DNA of 64,000 nt from Pristiophorus japonicus (Eukaryota): positions 40,920,001 through 40,984,000 of the forward strand of contig NC_091987.1 in NCBI RefSeq assembly GCF_044704955.1. The letters are read 5' to 3'. The translations under genes were made by a program, and so were the position numbers. Below the pieces are notes generated by a model, which was given only the letters and a program-made list of their open reading frames with translations, was not told where the DNA came from and did no database searches. The stretch's first letter is position 1, and each line of letters begins with the position of its first letter. Of the stretch, positions 63,505 through 64,000 are shown piece by piece.

Positions 63505-64000
63505 ACATAGACACATAGAAATTAGGTGCAGGAGCAAGTCATTCGGCCCTTCGAGCCTGCACCGCCATTCAATAAGATCATGGCTGATCATTCAACCTCA
63601 GTATCCCTTTCCTGCTTTCTCTCCATAGCCCTTGATCCCTTTGACCGTAAGGGCCATATCTAACTCCCTTTTGAATATATCTAATGAACTGGCCTCAACA
63701 ACTTTCTGCGGTAGAGAATTCCACAGGTTAACCACTCTCTGAGTGAAGAAGTTTCTCCTCATCTCAGTCCTAAATGGCTTACCCCTTATTCTTAGACTGT
63801 GACCCCTGGTTCGATCTCCCCAGCAACGGGAACATTCTTCCTGCCTCTAACCTGTCCAATCCCGTCAGAATTTTATATGTTTCTATGAGATCCCCTCTCA
63901 TTCTTCTAAACTCCAGTGGATACAAGCCCAGTTGATCCAATCTCTGCTCATATGTCAGTCCTGCCATCCCAGGAATCAATCTGGTGAATCTTCGCTGTAC
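63503..64000 (-). mobile_element. CR1 3' part, runs off the window edge
   Basis: GMAGLTYEQRLDQLGLYPLEFRRMRGDLIETYKIL and tail ACATAGACACATAGAAA. Confidence 0.9.

Noticed and set aside
62954-63591. Pro/Ser/Leu-rich ORFs of 186-189 aa
   Set aside because: Artefact of the GA low-complexity tract, which lacks stop codons on the pyrimidine strand.

Overview
This is eukaryotic (vertebrate) genomic DNA, most likely a cartilaginous fish (shark). That inference rests on the repeat landscape: CR1 and L2 LINEs, an RTE, Tx1, Penelope-like remnants, a SacSINE1-like tRNA/Deu SINE, a Mag-type Gypsy LTR element, and Harbinger relics and MITEs. Most of the window is decayed, often multiply nested transposable elements, and nearly all ORFs in the track are TE fragments or their antisense shadows. 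The only host-gene signals are a probable signal-peptide coding exon on the minus strand (945-874, MGSPSWNALMLVMFLIGLNSSIIE followed by GTGAGT) and a TE-free, CpG-retaining candidate promoter/first-exon zone at about 26-30.4 kb. The most unusual structure is a pair of diverged Tx1-like LINE 3' ends. They have the same 5' boundary, sit in tandem at one site inside a CR1 ORF2, and are delimited by three copies of the 14-bp target TCCTTGTGCATGAA, which suggests a retroelement that targets another retroelement. That CR1 itself lies inside an RTE with a twin-priming-type 5' inversion. Other notable features are three CR1-into-CR1 insertions clustered in one short RT motif, an apparent gene-conversion tract between inverted CR1 copies 23 kb apart, and a two-gene Harbinger relic split by a Gypsy element. 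All family calls are by eye (no database search), and the boundaries of old elements are approximate.
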